Below are positions 29,429-39,123 of a stretch of 64,000 nucleotides of DNA, in pieces; the stretch's first letter is position 1, and every line of letters starts with the position of its first letter. Origin of the DNA: Candidatus Latescibacterota bacterium (GTDB taxonomy: Bacteria > Latescibacterota > UBA2968 > GCA-2709665). The stretch spans positions 1 to 64,000 of the forward strand of contig CAXXJS010000021.1 in the NCBI GenBank assembly GCA_963662665.2. Direction: 5' to 3'. A model generated the notes under the pieces. It saw nothing but the letters and a program-made list of their open reading frames with translations. It ran no database searches and had not been told where the DNA came from. A program made the translations under genes and the position numbers.

Positions 29429-30664
29429 ATGATTAAGTCTATTCGCCTTGTGAACTTCAAGAACTTCGCCGACGAGACCCTGCGCGTCGGCCCGTTCACC
29501 GTAATCGTAGGCGCGAACGCCAGCGGCAAAAGCAACATTCGCGACGCCTTCCGTTTTCTACACGGTATCGGTCGCGGCTATAAGCTGGCCGAGATATTTG
29601 GCGGAAAATATGGCGGCGGCGGTCAACACGAATGGGAACCAATCCGCGGCGCTGCTGACGAAATTGTCCGTTTTGGGCAACTCCAGTTTTCTCTTGAGGT
29701 TGAATTTAAATTGAACGACACTGAACTGCACTACTTGATTGAGGTTGAATACGACCCAGCGAGTCGCAGTAGGTTCCAATTGTTAAAAGAAAAACTCACG
29801 TCCGACACGGAGACTATTTTCGAAGCTTATAGCTCCGATATGCAACTCAAGATCCGCACGCCTGAAACTTCTAGTGCCTTGCCTCTATCACATCTGGAAC
29901 AACCAATCCTTTCACAGATAGTCAGAGGCTTAAAAATCCCTTATAAGTTCTCCTATAGGAGGTCCTGTTATGAAATCCACCACCTCTTAAACAGTATGCG
30001 TTTTCTGGAACCGTCGTCCGACCGAATGCGGGAACCGAGTTTCCCCGGCGTGAACATATTGGGAGACTCCGGCGAGAATTTGCCGACGGTACTAGAAGAA
30101 GCCTGCGCCGATCCTAATCGCCGAGAGATTTTGGCAAGTTGGGTACACGAACTCACACCAATGGACATAAAGGATTTCGAGTTCCCACGTGATCCTAGCG
30201 GTCGAATCCATCTCACGCTCTGCGAGTCGAATGGTAGAAAAGTATCGGCCTATAGCGCATCGGATGGCACACTGCGTTTTCTCGCCATGCTGGCGGCGAT
30301 GCTCGGTACAAACCCGTCCAACTTCTACTTTTTTGAGGAAATTGACAATGGTATCCACCCGGTGCGACTGAATTTGTTAACGGATTTAATTGAACGGCAA
30401 ACCGCGAAGCACGGTATTCAGGTACTCACCACAACCCATGCGCCAACCCTGTTGACCGTAATGAACGACAATACCTTCGAGCACACCTCGGTCGTCTGCC
30501 GCCTGGAAGATACTTCCGATGCCATCATCCGTCCGATTGCCGAACTGCCCAACGTGCGGGAACTGCGGCAGGATCAAGGACTAGGGCGGCTCCATGAATC
30601 CGGCTGGATGGAGGATGCGCTTTTCTTCAACGAAGACTACGACGAAGCGGAGCACGGCTCGTGA
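29429..30664 (+). CDS. ABC-type (AAA_21-like) ATPase
   Basis: GANASGKSN, SDGTLR, FEEIDNGIHP, TTH. Confidence 0.88.
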   Translation: MIKSIRLVNFKNFADETLRVGPFTVIVGANASGKSNIRDAFRFLHGIGRGYKLAEIFGGKYGGGGQHEWEPIRGAADEIVRFGQLQFSLEVEFKLNDTELHYLIEVEYDPASRSRFQLLKEKLTSDTETIFEAYSSDMQLKIRTPETSSALPLSHLEQPILSQIVRGLKIPYKFSYRRSCYEIHHLLNSMRFLEPSSDRMREPSFPGVNILGDSGENLPTVLEEACADPNRREILASWVHELTPMDIKDFEFPRDPSGRIHLTLCESNGRKVSAYSASDGTLRFLAMLAAMLGTNPSNFYFFEEIDNGIHPVRLNLLTDLIERQTAKHGIQVLTTTHAPTLLTVMNDNTFEHTSVVCRLEDTSDAIIRPIAELPNVRELRQDQGLGRLHESGWMEDALFFNEDYDEAEHGS

Positions 30665-31233
30665 GAGTTCTCATCATCCCGGAAGACGACCGCAAGGATC
30701 AATACATCCTGAATCCAATCTTCAGCCAGCTTCTTCGATCCATCGGTAAGTCGAAGGCACGTATTCGAGTTTGCCAGGACCCACGACTTGGTGGCGTTGT
30801 TGAAGCAATGAAACGGGACCGAATAGCGGAAATCGTAGAGCGCTATAAAGGAATGATGGACATCTTCATTCTGTGCGTCGACCGGGACGGCGAAAAAGGA
30901 CGGCGTCAGAGACTCGACCAGATAGAAGCGGAGTTTGGGGATGTTCGGGTATTCTTGGCCGAAAACGCTTGGGAAGAGCTTGAGACCTGGGTCCTCGCGG
31001 GCCTGGATTTGTCCGCAGATTTGAATTGGAAGCGCGTTCGAGCGGAAGTACAGGTCAAGGAACAGTACTTCGAGCCGCTTGTCGCCCAGCGCAACTTATC
31101 GGACAAGCCCGGCGGTGGTCGAGAGCCCTTGGCACAAGAGGCGTCGCGCCGACTAAACGCCATTCGTCAGAAATGCCCCGAGGATTTCGATAATCTCGTC
31201 CGGCGGCTTGACACCGCTGTCCGCACCATCTGA
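30661..31233 (+). CDS. TOPRIM-like (DUF4276/RloB-like) partner protein
   Basis: IIPED..D, CVDRD, ELETW; GTGA overlap with ATPase. Confidence 0.7.
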   Translation: MRVLIIPEDDRKDQYILNPIFSQLLRSIGKSKARIRVCQDPRLGGVVEAMKRDRIAEIVERYKGMMDIFILCVDRDGEKGRRQRLDQIEAEFGDVRVFLAENAWEELETWVLAGLDLSADLNWKRVRAEVQVKEQYFEPLVAQRNLSDKPGGGREPLAQEASRRLNAIRQKCPEDFDNLVRRLDTAVRTI

Positions 31234-31313
31234 GGAGAACCGCATAGTGAAGGGGAAGGAAGCCAAACTCAGGCTCAAAGGGTGCTTAGCGTAAATTTAA
31301 CGAGGATCGCAGA

Positions 31314-32612
31314 ATGCCTAGGATAGAAGGATTCAGAGTAAGAAACTTCAAAGTGCTTAAAGACGTGACATTGGGGCGCCTTTGGAACCAACGGGGAAAC
31401 CAACCCTTGACCCCGATGACGGCAGTAATCGGAAGAAATGGGGTCGGAAAAAGCGTCCTATTCGATGCGTTCGGATTCCTCGCTGACGCACTTAAGAACG
31501 GCGTCGAGGAAGCTTGTGACGCACGAGGGCGAGGCGGATTCGAGAAGATGCTGACGCAAGGAGAAACAGGCCCAATTGAGTTTGAAGTATATTACAGGGA
31601 ACACGGAAACGCGCGGCCGATTACATATGAAATCGCCATCGAAGCGGACGAAATTGGGCGCCCCTATGTGCAAGGAGAAAGACTCAGGCAAAGAAGAAAA
31701 GGCCAGAGTTATGGTCGCCCGTTCTCCTTTTTGGTGCTCAATAATGGGAGCGGTGTAGCATGGAAGGGAGAACAGGAAGGGCGTCAGATAGATGAGGGCG
31801 AGGAGGCGTCTGAACTGGAAGGCTTGTTAGCCCTGCTGATTGGCGAAGAAACAGAAGAAACGGAGGAATCGAGTGAGACAGAGATTATCGAATTGGATGA
31901 CCGTCGTAAACTCGGCATTGCCACACTCGGAGCCTTGAAGCAGCACCCTCGCATATCCGCTTTTCGCCGCTTCATTGAGGGATGGTATCTTAGCTACTTC
32001 ACGCCGGACGCGGCGCGAAGTCTGCCACTGGCTGGTCTCCAGCAGCATCTGAATATCCGTGGTGACAATCTCGGCAACGTGGTGCAATATATGGAACGCG
32101 AGCATTCGGGACGGTTCCAAACTATACTAAAAAAAATCGCCGAGAAAATACCGGGCGTAGACCGGATTGACACGGAAAGAACCAACGACGGTAGACTACT
32201 CCTCCGATTCAACGACACTGGCTTTCTGAACCCCTTCTATGCGCAGCAAGTGTCCGACGGAACGCTGAAAGTTTTCGCTTACCTATTGATGCTCGAAGAT
32301 CCGATACCACCACCGTTCCTTTGCATTGAAGAACCGGAGAATGGCCTGTATCACAAGCTTCTAGAAACTTTGGCAAACGAGTTCCGCGAACACGCCAGGA
32401 ACCCACGAGGCGGATCTCAGGTCTTTGTGACAACACACCAACCCTACTTCGTAGATGCCTTGGAGCCCAATGAAGTTTGGATCCTGGAGAAGGGAACGGA
32501 CGGTCTATCAACGATTCGCAGGTCGAGCGACGATCCTATCGTAAACAACATGGTCGAAGAGGGCCTGCCCCTGGGCGGCCTTTGGTATAGCGACTATCTG
32601 GACGCGAGGTGA
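31314..32612 (+). CDS. ABC-type (AAA_21-like) ATPase
   Basis: GRNGVGKS, SDGTLK, IEEPENGLYH, TTH. Confidence 0.88.
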   Translation: MPRIEGFRVRNFKVLKDVTLGRLWNQRGNQPLTPMTAVIGRNGVGKSVLFDAFGFLADALKNGVEEACDARGRGGFEKMLTQGETGPIEFEVYYREHGNARPITYEIAIEADEIGRPYVQGERLRQRRKGQSYGRPFSFLVLNNGSGVAWKGEQEGRQIDEGEEASELEGLLALLIGEETEETEESSETEIIELDDRRKLGIATLGALKQHPRISAFRRFIEGWYLSYFTPDAARSLPLAGLQQHLNIRGDNLGNVVQYMEREHSGRFQTILKKIAEKIPGVDRIDTERTNDGRLLLRFNDTGFLNPFYAQQVSDGTLKVFAYLLMLEDPIPPPFLCIEEPENGLYHKLLETLANEFREHARNPRGGSQVFVTTHQPYFVDALEPNEVWILEKGTDGLSTIRRSSDDPIVNNMVEEGLPLGGLWYSDYLDAR

Positions 32613-32616
32613 TCGG

Positions 32617-33300
32617 ATGCACTATGATATACTCGTCGAAGACGCGTCCGGCAAGAAGGCCCTCGACATTCTGATTCCTAAAATCATCGGCGATCAACAT
32701 ACATTCAAGATTACGAATTACAAAGGAATTGGCCGCATTCCGAAGAAACTCACAAGTGGTACCGTAGCGAGAAATCGACATCTGCTCGACCATCTGCCGA
32801 GGATGCTCAGGGGGTATGGAAAGACCCATTCAGGTTACCCTGAGAACTATCCTGCAGCCGTCATCTTGGTTTGCGACTTGGACAATGAGTGTCTGAAGAC
32901 GTTCCGCCAGCAACTATACGCGGTCCTCAATGTCTGCAATCCGAAACCGGTGACCCGGTTCTGCCTTGCAGTCGAGGAAGGCGAAGCATGGCTTCTAGGC
33001 GACATTGCCGCGATCAGGGCAGCATATCCGAAACGCAACGAGAGCGTGCTGAGTGGTTACAAAAACGACTCTATTTGTGGTACCTGGGAGCTCTTGGCCG
33101 ACGCGGTCTTCGCCGGTGGCTCAGGTACACTCATGAATCAGGGTTGGCAATCAGTTGGCAGGGAGAAATCTGCATGGTCCGAAAGAGTCGCTCCTCTAAT
33201 GGATGTGGACAACAATGCGTCACCAAGCTTCTGCTATTTCCGAGACAAGCTTCGTGAGCTTACCTTAGTTTCCACCGAAAGATCACATCGTGGCAATTGA
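32617..33300 (+). CDS. DUF4276-like TOPRIM-fold partner protein
   Basis: ILVED-S, CDLD, EEGEAWLLGD, NASPSF. Confidence 0.75.
   Translation: MHYDILVEDASGKKALDILIPKIIGDQHTFKITNYKGIGRIPKKLTSGTVARNRHLLDHLPRMLRGYGKTHSGYPENYPAAVILVCDLDNECLKTFRQQLYAVLNVCNPKPVTRFCLAVEEGEAWLLGDIAAIRAAYPKRNESVLSGYKNDSICGTWELLADAVFAGGSGTLMNQGWQSVGREKSAWSERVAPLMDVDNNASPSFCYFRDKLRELTLVSTERSHRGN
32919..33264 (+). repeat. Direct repeat C, copy 1 (DUF4276 3' half)
   Basis: 346 bp, colinear with 54236-54581. Confidence 0.88.
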
Positions 33301-33345
33301 TCGTTTATTATCACACAGAAGAGTGTTCGCCACACTGAGGTAAAT

Positions 33346-36300
33346 ATGGCAATCAAATCCTCCAGCAGACCCTGGCACGAGGTGGTTCACCTACGCGACG
33401 ATCTGAAAACCGGTGAATTGCCACTGGCCATATTCGCTGCCGATCTGTACGATGTGGTGATGCAGAAGGGTGGACGTCCGGTGTACGAGCGACCAGAAGA
33501 TTTCTTCGCCCTGACGTATCCGACTTTAAATCTTCGCGAACTGGTCAAGGATGTAGCGACGCGGCTGGCCGGCCAGAGCGACAAGGCCTATCGGAAACTG
33601 TCGGTGAATTACGGAGGTGGAAAGACCCACACGCTCATCGCGCTACGGCATCTCGCACACGATCCGGACAATCTTCCGGACCTGCCAGCCGTGAAGGATT
33701 TCGATGCGCACATTGGATTCAGGATGCCTGGAGCCCGTGTGGCGGCGCTATGCTTTGACAAGATCGACCTCGAAAAGGGTGTCGAGACGCTGGGTCCCGG
33801 CGGCGAGATCAGAATGCTCAAGAACCCGTGGAGCATCCTCGCGTTCCAACTGGCAGGGGCCGATGGCCTCCGCCTCATACACGCTGAAGGCGAAGACCAG
33901 GAGCGCGATACGCCTCCGGCCGAACCGTTAGTGGTGGAACTTCTGTCAAGACCGCAAACGGACGGGCTCTCGACACTGGTGCTGATTGACGAAGTGCTGA
34001 TGTATATCCGAAGCCAGGTTGAGGCGCAGCCGGATTCGCGAGGCCGCTTGATCAGCTTTTTCCAATATCTAACGCAGGCCGTGGTCAAAGTGGACCGCTG
34101 TGCGATGGTGGCCTCACTTCTCGCCTCGGATCCGAGGAAGCACGACGAATTTGGAAATGAACTCCTGCGGGACGTGGCGGAAGTCTTCGGTCGGCAAATG
34201 GAGGAGGATGCAAGCCCCGTAAGCAAGGAGGACGTGGCGGAAGTGCTTCGGCGTCGATTCTTCAAACCGGAATCCATCCGCGACCCGGGTGAATTCCGAC
34301 CCCACGTCACTTCTATAATTGGCAGCGTCGCAACGCTGGACGAACAGACGGCAAAGGAACGTGGAGCGGCCGAGGAGCGATTCCTTGCCAGTTATCCGTT
34401 CCACCCCGACCTCACGGAGGTCTTCTACTCCCGTTGGACTCAACTGGAAGGGTTTCAGCGCACTCGTGGCATCCTGCGGACGTTTGCCATTGGCCTGCGT
34501 GATGCCGAGAAGTGGGACACCAGTCCGCTGGTCGGGCCGAATATCCTGCTGGCCGATCCGAAAAAAGACGGTCTGGGCGAAGCCGCGAGTGATCTCGCTT
34601 CCTTTGCCAGCGTTGACTCGGCCACGGGGCAGCATCAGGAATGGCGGCCGATCCTTGAAGGCGAGTTGTCCAAGGCACGTGCCATTCAGATCGAGACGAC
34701 TGGCCTGAGCCATCGGGAGATGGAACAGGCTGTTATTGCCGTGTTTCTCAGTTCTCAACCCATTGGTCACAAGGCGCTCACCCGAGAAATCATGGTGCTT
34801 GTTGGATCAGCCGATCCGGATAAAATAGAACTGGAAAAGGCTCTGCGTCGCTGGACGGAACTGTCGTGGTTTCTCGACGAAGCGGAAGTCGCCACCGGAG
34901 AAGAAAGTACCGACGGGCAATTGCCAGGGGCATGGAGGTTGGGCAATCGGCCCAATCTGCGCCAAATGCACCACGATGCCTGCAGCAATCGTGTATCTCA
35001 GTCTCTCGTAGAGGCGCAACTGATCGATGCGATCGAGAAACAGCGCTCCCTTACCTCCGGCGCAGCCGCAGGCGGCGCAACGGTGCACAACCTTCCAGCG
35101 AGACCTCGAGACATCGGGGACGACGGCAAGTTTCACTACGCTGTGCTTGGCCCCGATGCGGTATCGGAGTCCGGTAAACCGAGCAGCGTCGCCAGGCGAT
35201 TCATCGACGAGACGACTGCCACCGATCGCCCGCGTGTGAATCGGAACGCAATCGTCCTCGCCGTTCCTTCCAGGGACGGTCTCGACGCGGTGCGCGTTCG
35301 TGTCCGTGAGCATCTCGGCTGGATGGAGGTCGGTGAACAACTCAAGGGACAACCAATCGATCCGATTCGCGAACAAATGCTCTCAAGCGAAACACAAGCG
35401 TCGCGCAGGAGGATTCCGGAAGCCGTCACTCAGGCCTATTCCATTGTTGTTGCGGTGAACGAAAGCAACGACGTCCACGCCTTCAAAGTCGTCGTGACTG
35501 ACGAACCCTTGTTCACGACCATAAAGGCTGACAGGCGGGCCCGCATCCAGGAGACACCCATAAACTCGGAAGCAATGATGCCTGGTGGTCCGTACGACTT
35601 ATGGCGGGAAGAGGAACCGTCGCGCCGGGTAAAGGATCTTGTCGGAGCGTTTTCTCAATTTGCAAAATTGCCGAAAATGCTGCGGCAGAAGGAGATTCTG
35701 GATACCGTAGTACATGGCGTACAGGAAGGGATATGGGTGGCACAGGTAATCCGCCCCGACAGGACCATCAGGACGTTCTGGCGGACGTCTATCGACGAGA
35801 CTGCCGTACAAGATCCAGGCCTTGAAGTGTTTCTGCCGGAAGCGGCCACGTTAAGTGAACTCGTTCCAGACCTGCTCGAGCACGAAAAACTCCTTGGGCT
35901 CTGGTCGTCCGATGAACTCGCGGTTCAGGAAGTCTATGACTATTTCTCGGGTGGCCACACGGTAGTCGTACAAAGGGAGGGTTACGAGGAAACAGTTATG
36001 ATCCCTAAGTGCGACACAAACATAGTCGAAGTCGCTATTTCCCAAGCCGTTGAACTGGGCCTGTTGTGGTTGACGAACGGGCCGGCCTCGATTCTCAAGG
36101 AACCTGTACCGCCCGGAGTACTCACGAATGCAGCGGTCCTGAGACCGCCGCCGGAGGGTATCGACGTTACTAAATTGATGCCAACGTCGATACCGAGCGC
36201 ATGGGTAGAAGACAAAGCCAACGCGCTCGCTATCTCCACGGCGCTTTCGGGTCAGTGCGGGATGACCCTGCCCTGGTCCACTGTCGAATCAGCAATTGAT

Positions 36301-36666
36301 GCTGGTATTCGTGCGCGGTGGATCGAGCTCAGTCCTGACAGCGCTGAGTGGCCATGCGGTATCGGAAATGCACAGCATGTAATCCTGCAGATTCCGTTGC
36401 AGACGGGTGTCGGCGAAGCCGGCGGGGGACCCTATGGCAGCGGCGATGAACCGACGGGCGCGCTGCGTGCCGAAGCGGAACTTGAAGCGAATGGTATCCA
36501 GGATCTGGCTGATCAAATTCCGGAAATTACCAAAGCCGCTGTGGGTAATGATCTTAAATTTAAGGTCCGAATCGATTTCGGAGGAGAAAAGTCTCCCGAT
36601 CCGGAGGCGGTGAAAACCATCAACGATCTGCTCTGTGATGTGTCGGACTCATTCAAGCTTGAATAA
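33346..36666 (+). CDS. DUF499 AAA+ ATPase
   Basis: PWHEVV-LRDD, FAADL, YGGGKTH, LIDE, YPFHP, FQRTRGILR. Confidence 0.9.
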   Translation: MAIKSSSRPWHEVVHLRDDLKTGELPLAIFAADLYDVVMQKGGRPVYERPEDFFALTYPTLNLRELVKDVATRLAGQSDKAYRKLSVNYGGGKTHTLIALRHLAHDPDNLPDLPAVKDFDAHIGFRMPGARVAALCFDKIDLEKGVETLGPGGEIRMLKNPWSILAFQLAGADGLRLIHAEGEDQERDTPPAEPLVVELLSRPQTDGLSTLVLIDEVLMYIRSQVEAQPDSRGRLISFFQYLTQAVVKVDRCAMVASLLASDPRKHDEFGNELLRDVAEVFGRQMEEDASPVSKEDVAEVLRRRFFKPESIRDPGEFRPHVTSIIGSVATLDEQTAKERGAAEERFLASYPFHPDLTEVFYSRWTQLEGFQRTRGILRTFAIGLRDAEKWDTSPLVGPNILLADPKKDGLGEAASDLASFASVDSATGQHQEWRPILEGELSKARAIQIETTGLSHREMEQAVIAVFLSSQPIGHKALTREIMVLVGSADPDKIELEKALRRWTELSWFLDEAEVATGEESTDGQLPGAWRLGNRPNLRQMHHDACSNRVSQSLVEAQLIDAIEKQRSLTSGAAAGGATVHNLPARPRDIGDDGKFHYAVLGPDAVSESGKPSSVARRFIDETTATDRPRVNRNAIVLAVPSRDGLDAVRVRVREHLGWMEVGEQLKGQPIDPIREQMLSSETQASRRRIPEAVTQAYSIVVAVNESNDVHAFKVVVTDEPLFTTIKADRRARIQETPINSEAMMPGGPYDLWREEEPSRRVKDLVGAFSQFAKLPKMLRQKEILDTVVHGVQEGIWVAQVIRPDRTIRTFWRTSIDETAVQDPGLEVFLPEAATLSELVPDLLEHEKLLGLWSSDELAVQEVYDYFSGGHTVVVQREGYEETVMIPKCDTNIVEVAISQAVELGLLWLTNGPASILKEPVPPGVLTNAAVLRPPPEGIDVTKLMPTSIPSAWVEDKANALAISTALSGQCGMTLPWSTVESAIDAGIRARWIELSPDSAEWPCGIGNAQHVILQIPLQTGVGEAGGGPYGSGDEPTGALRAEAELEANGIQDLADQIPEITKAAVGNDLKFKVRIDFGGEKSPDPEAVKTINDLLCDVSDSFKLE

Positions 36667-36852
36667 CAATTCGCTTCGTTCCCCGAAACAAGAGTTTTCC
36701 CTTTCCGCCGGAAAGTTCCTGAATCCGCGCGGCGAGGTTCGTGTTGCCTTTTGTTTTCGTGGTATCATCGATAGGCGGATGTTTCCCGTTTACCGCTCTC
36801 CACCGTTCTCTTATTGACCCGTTGCCGGAGTTGTTGCCGTGAGAGAAAACTG

Positions 36853-37086
36853 ATGCATTCGGTTGACGTAAATGAAGCACAAACAGAACTTTCCGGGCTC
36901 CTGGCGCGAGTCGACGCCGGCGAGTACGTCGTAATTACCCGTGACGGCGAACCGGTCGCGCGCGTTGTCCCGTACGGGAGACACCAAGGTACGCGACGAT
37001 TCGAAGCGATGAAGGGGCAGATTGTGTTGGACGACAGTTTCTTCGAGCCTCTCCCGGAGACAGAGTTGGCCGCGTGGGAGAGTTGA
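36853..37086 (+). CDS. Phd/YefM-family antitoxin, orphan
   Basis: EAQTELSGLL-RV-AGE-VVITRDGEPVAR, DDSFFEPLP; no intact toxin downstream. Confidence 0.8.
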   Translation: MHSVDVNEAQTELSGLLARVDAGEYVVITRDGEPVARVVPYGRHQGTRRFEAMKGQIVLDDSFFEPLPETELAAWES

Positions 37087-37117
37087 ATGCGCGTAGATTC
37101 TACGATCGCAGATCCTT

Positions 37118-37296
37118 CCTGCCCGCCATCGACCGCCTGGAAGGCTTCCGCCCCGGCAGTCGAAGTCTCTATCGCCGGGTGCTCGTGCCGGAAAGCGTGA
37201 AAGATTCGTCCACGGTTGCCTGGACTTACGCGGTGGAGACGAAACCGCGCGCCTGGCCAAAACTGGCCTCCGGCTGCTGGACGGGGTGAAAAAAGC
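37118..37296 (+). repeat. Direct repeat A, copy 2 (GGCT 3' fragment)
   Basis: Encodes LPAIDRLEGF...LASGCWTG*, matching the C-terminus of ORF 16889-17467. Confidence 0.9.
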
Positions 37297-37392
37297 TGGT
37301 GTTCGCTCGAGATCCAGAGCGCCGCTGCAAGCCCGGCAGTCAATCCGGTTCGTTAAGGTGGAATTGAGATTCACGCCACGTGCGAACCGACA

Positions 37393-38104
37393 ATGGCACG
37401 CATTTTGCCAGCACTTTTCATCAAGATGTTCGGCGATCCGGCTACGAATCCGATGGGTTGGACGGTTGCGCACCTTGGAGAAGCAATTGTCGAGACACAA
37501 TATGGGACGTCCGAACGCGCGAACACAGATGGCAGAGGAGTCCCGGTTTTACGCACGAACAACATTTCATCCGTCGGAGAAATCGAAATGGGCGATTTGA
37601 AGTTCGTCGATCTCGATCGAACCGAACTTAATCGTCAGCTACTACAGCGAGGGGATATTCTGTTCAATCGAACGAATAGCATCGACCTCGTTGGCAAGGA
37701 CTGGGTTGTGGAAGGAATCCGAACTTCAAGCAGTTGCTGCGTCCTATTTGATACGTGTTCGAGTTGATGTAGACAAGCTTTTACCGCCTTACGTTTGGGC
37801 AATGATGCAAACGACATTTTTGAAATCCATGCTTGCTTCGAGAGCACGCCGCGCTGTGGGAATGGCGAACATCAATGCCACAGAGCTGCGACGATTACCT
37901 GCTATGTTTCCGCCTCTCGAACTCCAGGAAGAATTCGCAACTCTGTCAGCCTCGATTCGGCAACTGAATAAGAATCGACGTGGATCCATTATCACAAACG
38001 AGAGACTGTCTCGAAACCTGTTGGATAGAGCGTTCTCCGGTCCACATACAACCTCGCGGCGAGAAGTGCAAATTAGAGAGTTTATTCAGGAAACTGGGCG
38101 TTAG
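37393..38104 (+). pseudogene. hsdS: Type I restriction specificity subunit, single-TRD fragment with frameshift
   Basis: ALFIKMFGDP..NPMGW, QYG, GDILFNRTNS.DLVGK then TG in another frame (extra G near 37699), NIN, PPLELQEEF. Confidence 0.8.
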
Positions 38105-38622
38105 ACGAAGGCCCTTGCTGAAGTGACAATGTGGCGACTCAGAGAGCACGAACAAACAGGCCGATACAACGTTCGCTCTGACTGGGAATCTGAGGGATGT
38201 GTTACGGCTTATTTCGTTACCGGTTCAAAGTATGGTACCTGTCCCGTGCGATATTTCAACACGCTGAACGGTGCAACGTCGATATTGCATTAAAAGTCAG
38301 GCGATTTGTAGTTTCTGTCGCGACAAGGCGGATGGTTTGGGGGAGCGAACGCTCCGGAGCAGCATCCTTTGTTAGCGCCTTCCGAGGAAGACGAATCTCC
38401 GAACATGGATGAGATGGGAGGTCAGCTTATGAAGCAAACAAAGAATACGGACGCTCCTCCTTCGGTTCGTCTGAACCGAAGGAATGCATTCCTGCTGGCA
38501 CTCCATGTGCTAGTTGTTAGTGTCTCGGTGTACTTACACCCGATAATTGATACTGGCGCCAGCAGGGCGCTGCCCTACCCTACGTGCCAATATAGAGTGA
38601 GACAACTCCCCCTCCGAGTTTA

Positions 38623-39123
38623 ATGTCGTACATTGGGCGGAGAGGAGAGCACGAGATGAGGTCAAGAGTCGATGTTGGAGACAACGGCAGCAAGGGGTCT
38701 CTGGTTGTGGAGGTCCCGCGCGGGACCTCCACAACCACGAGGCCGGATCCGGAGGTGCCTGCGCGTGCGAAGCGTCGCCGGTTCACCGCGCGGTATAAGC
38801 TTCGCATCCTGGAAGAGGCGGAGGCTTGCCGGGCTCCTGGTGAAGTTGGCGCGCTGCTGCGTCGCGAAGGGTTGTATTCCTCGCAGTTGACCCAGTGGCG
38901 TCGGGCGCGTCGTGAGGGGTCGCTCAAGGCACTATCCAAATCGCGGGGACCCAAGGGACGTCGCCGCGACGAGGTCGCCGTCGAGAACGAGCAACTGCGC
39001 AAGGAAAACGCCCGTTTGCGTCGACGGCTGGAGCAGGCGAACACGATCCTCGAGATCCAAAAAAAAGCCTCCGAGATCCTGGGCATCCCCCTGAACCGTC
39101 CGCCAAGCGACGACGACGTATGA
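38623..39123 (+). CDS. IS3-family transposase OrfA (start uncertain)
   Basis: RRRFTARYKLRIL, GALLRREGLYSS HTH region, coiled-coil. Confidence 0.85.
   Translation: MSYIGRRGEHEMRSRVDVGDNGSKGSLVVEVPRGTSTTTRPDPEVPARAKRRRFTARYKLRILEEAEACRAPGEVGALLRREGLYSSQLTQWRRARREGSLKALSKSRGPKGRRRDEVAVENEQLRKENARLRRRLEQANTILEIQKKASEILGIPLNRPPSDDDV

Noticed and set aside
17758-36666. Calling the helicase/methyltransferase locus DISARM or canonical BREX
   Set aside because: No DrmA/DrmB, PglZ or BrxL; the DUF1156 + DUF499 combination fits the restriction-like/BREX-related class better
38090-38110. GGGCGTTAGAC resembling an attC R' end after hsdS
   Set aside because: No complementary upstream arm or RYYYAAC core found
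38429-38581. Small hydrophobic ORF with GGAGG RBS apparently cut by the IS
   Set aside because: No recognisable family, and no continuation identified beyond the IS; too weak to call
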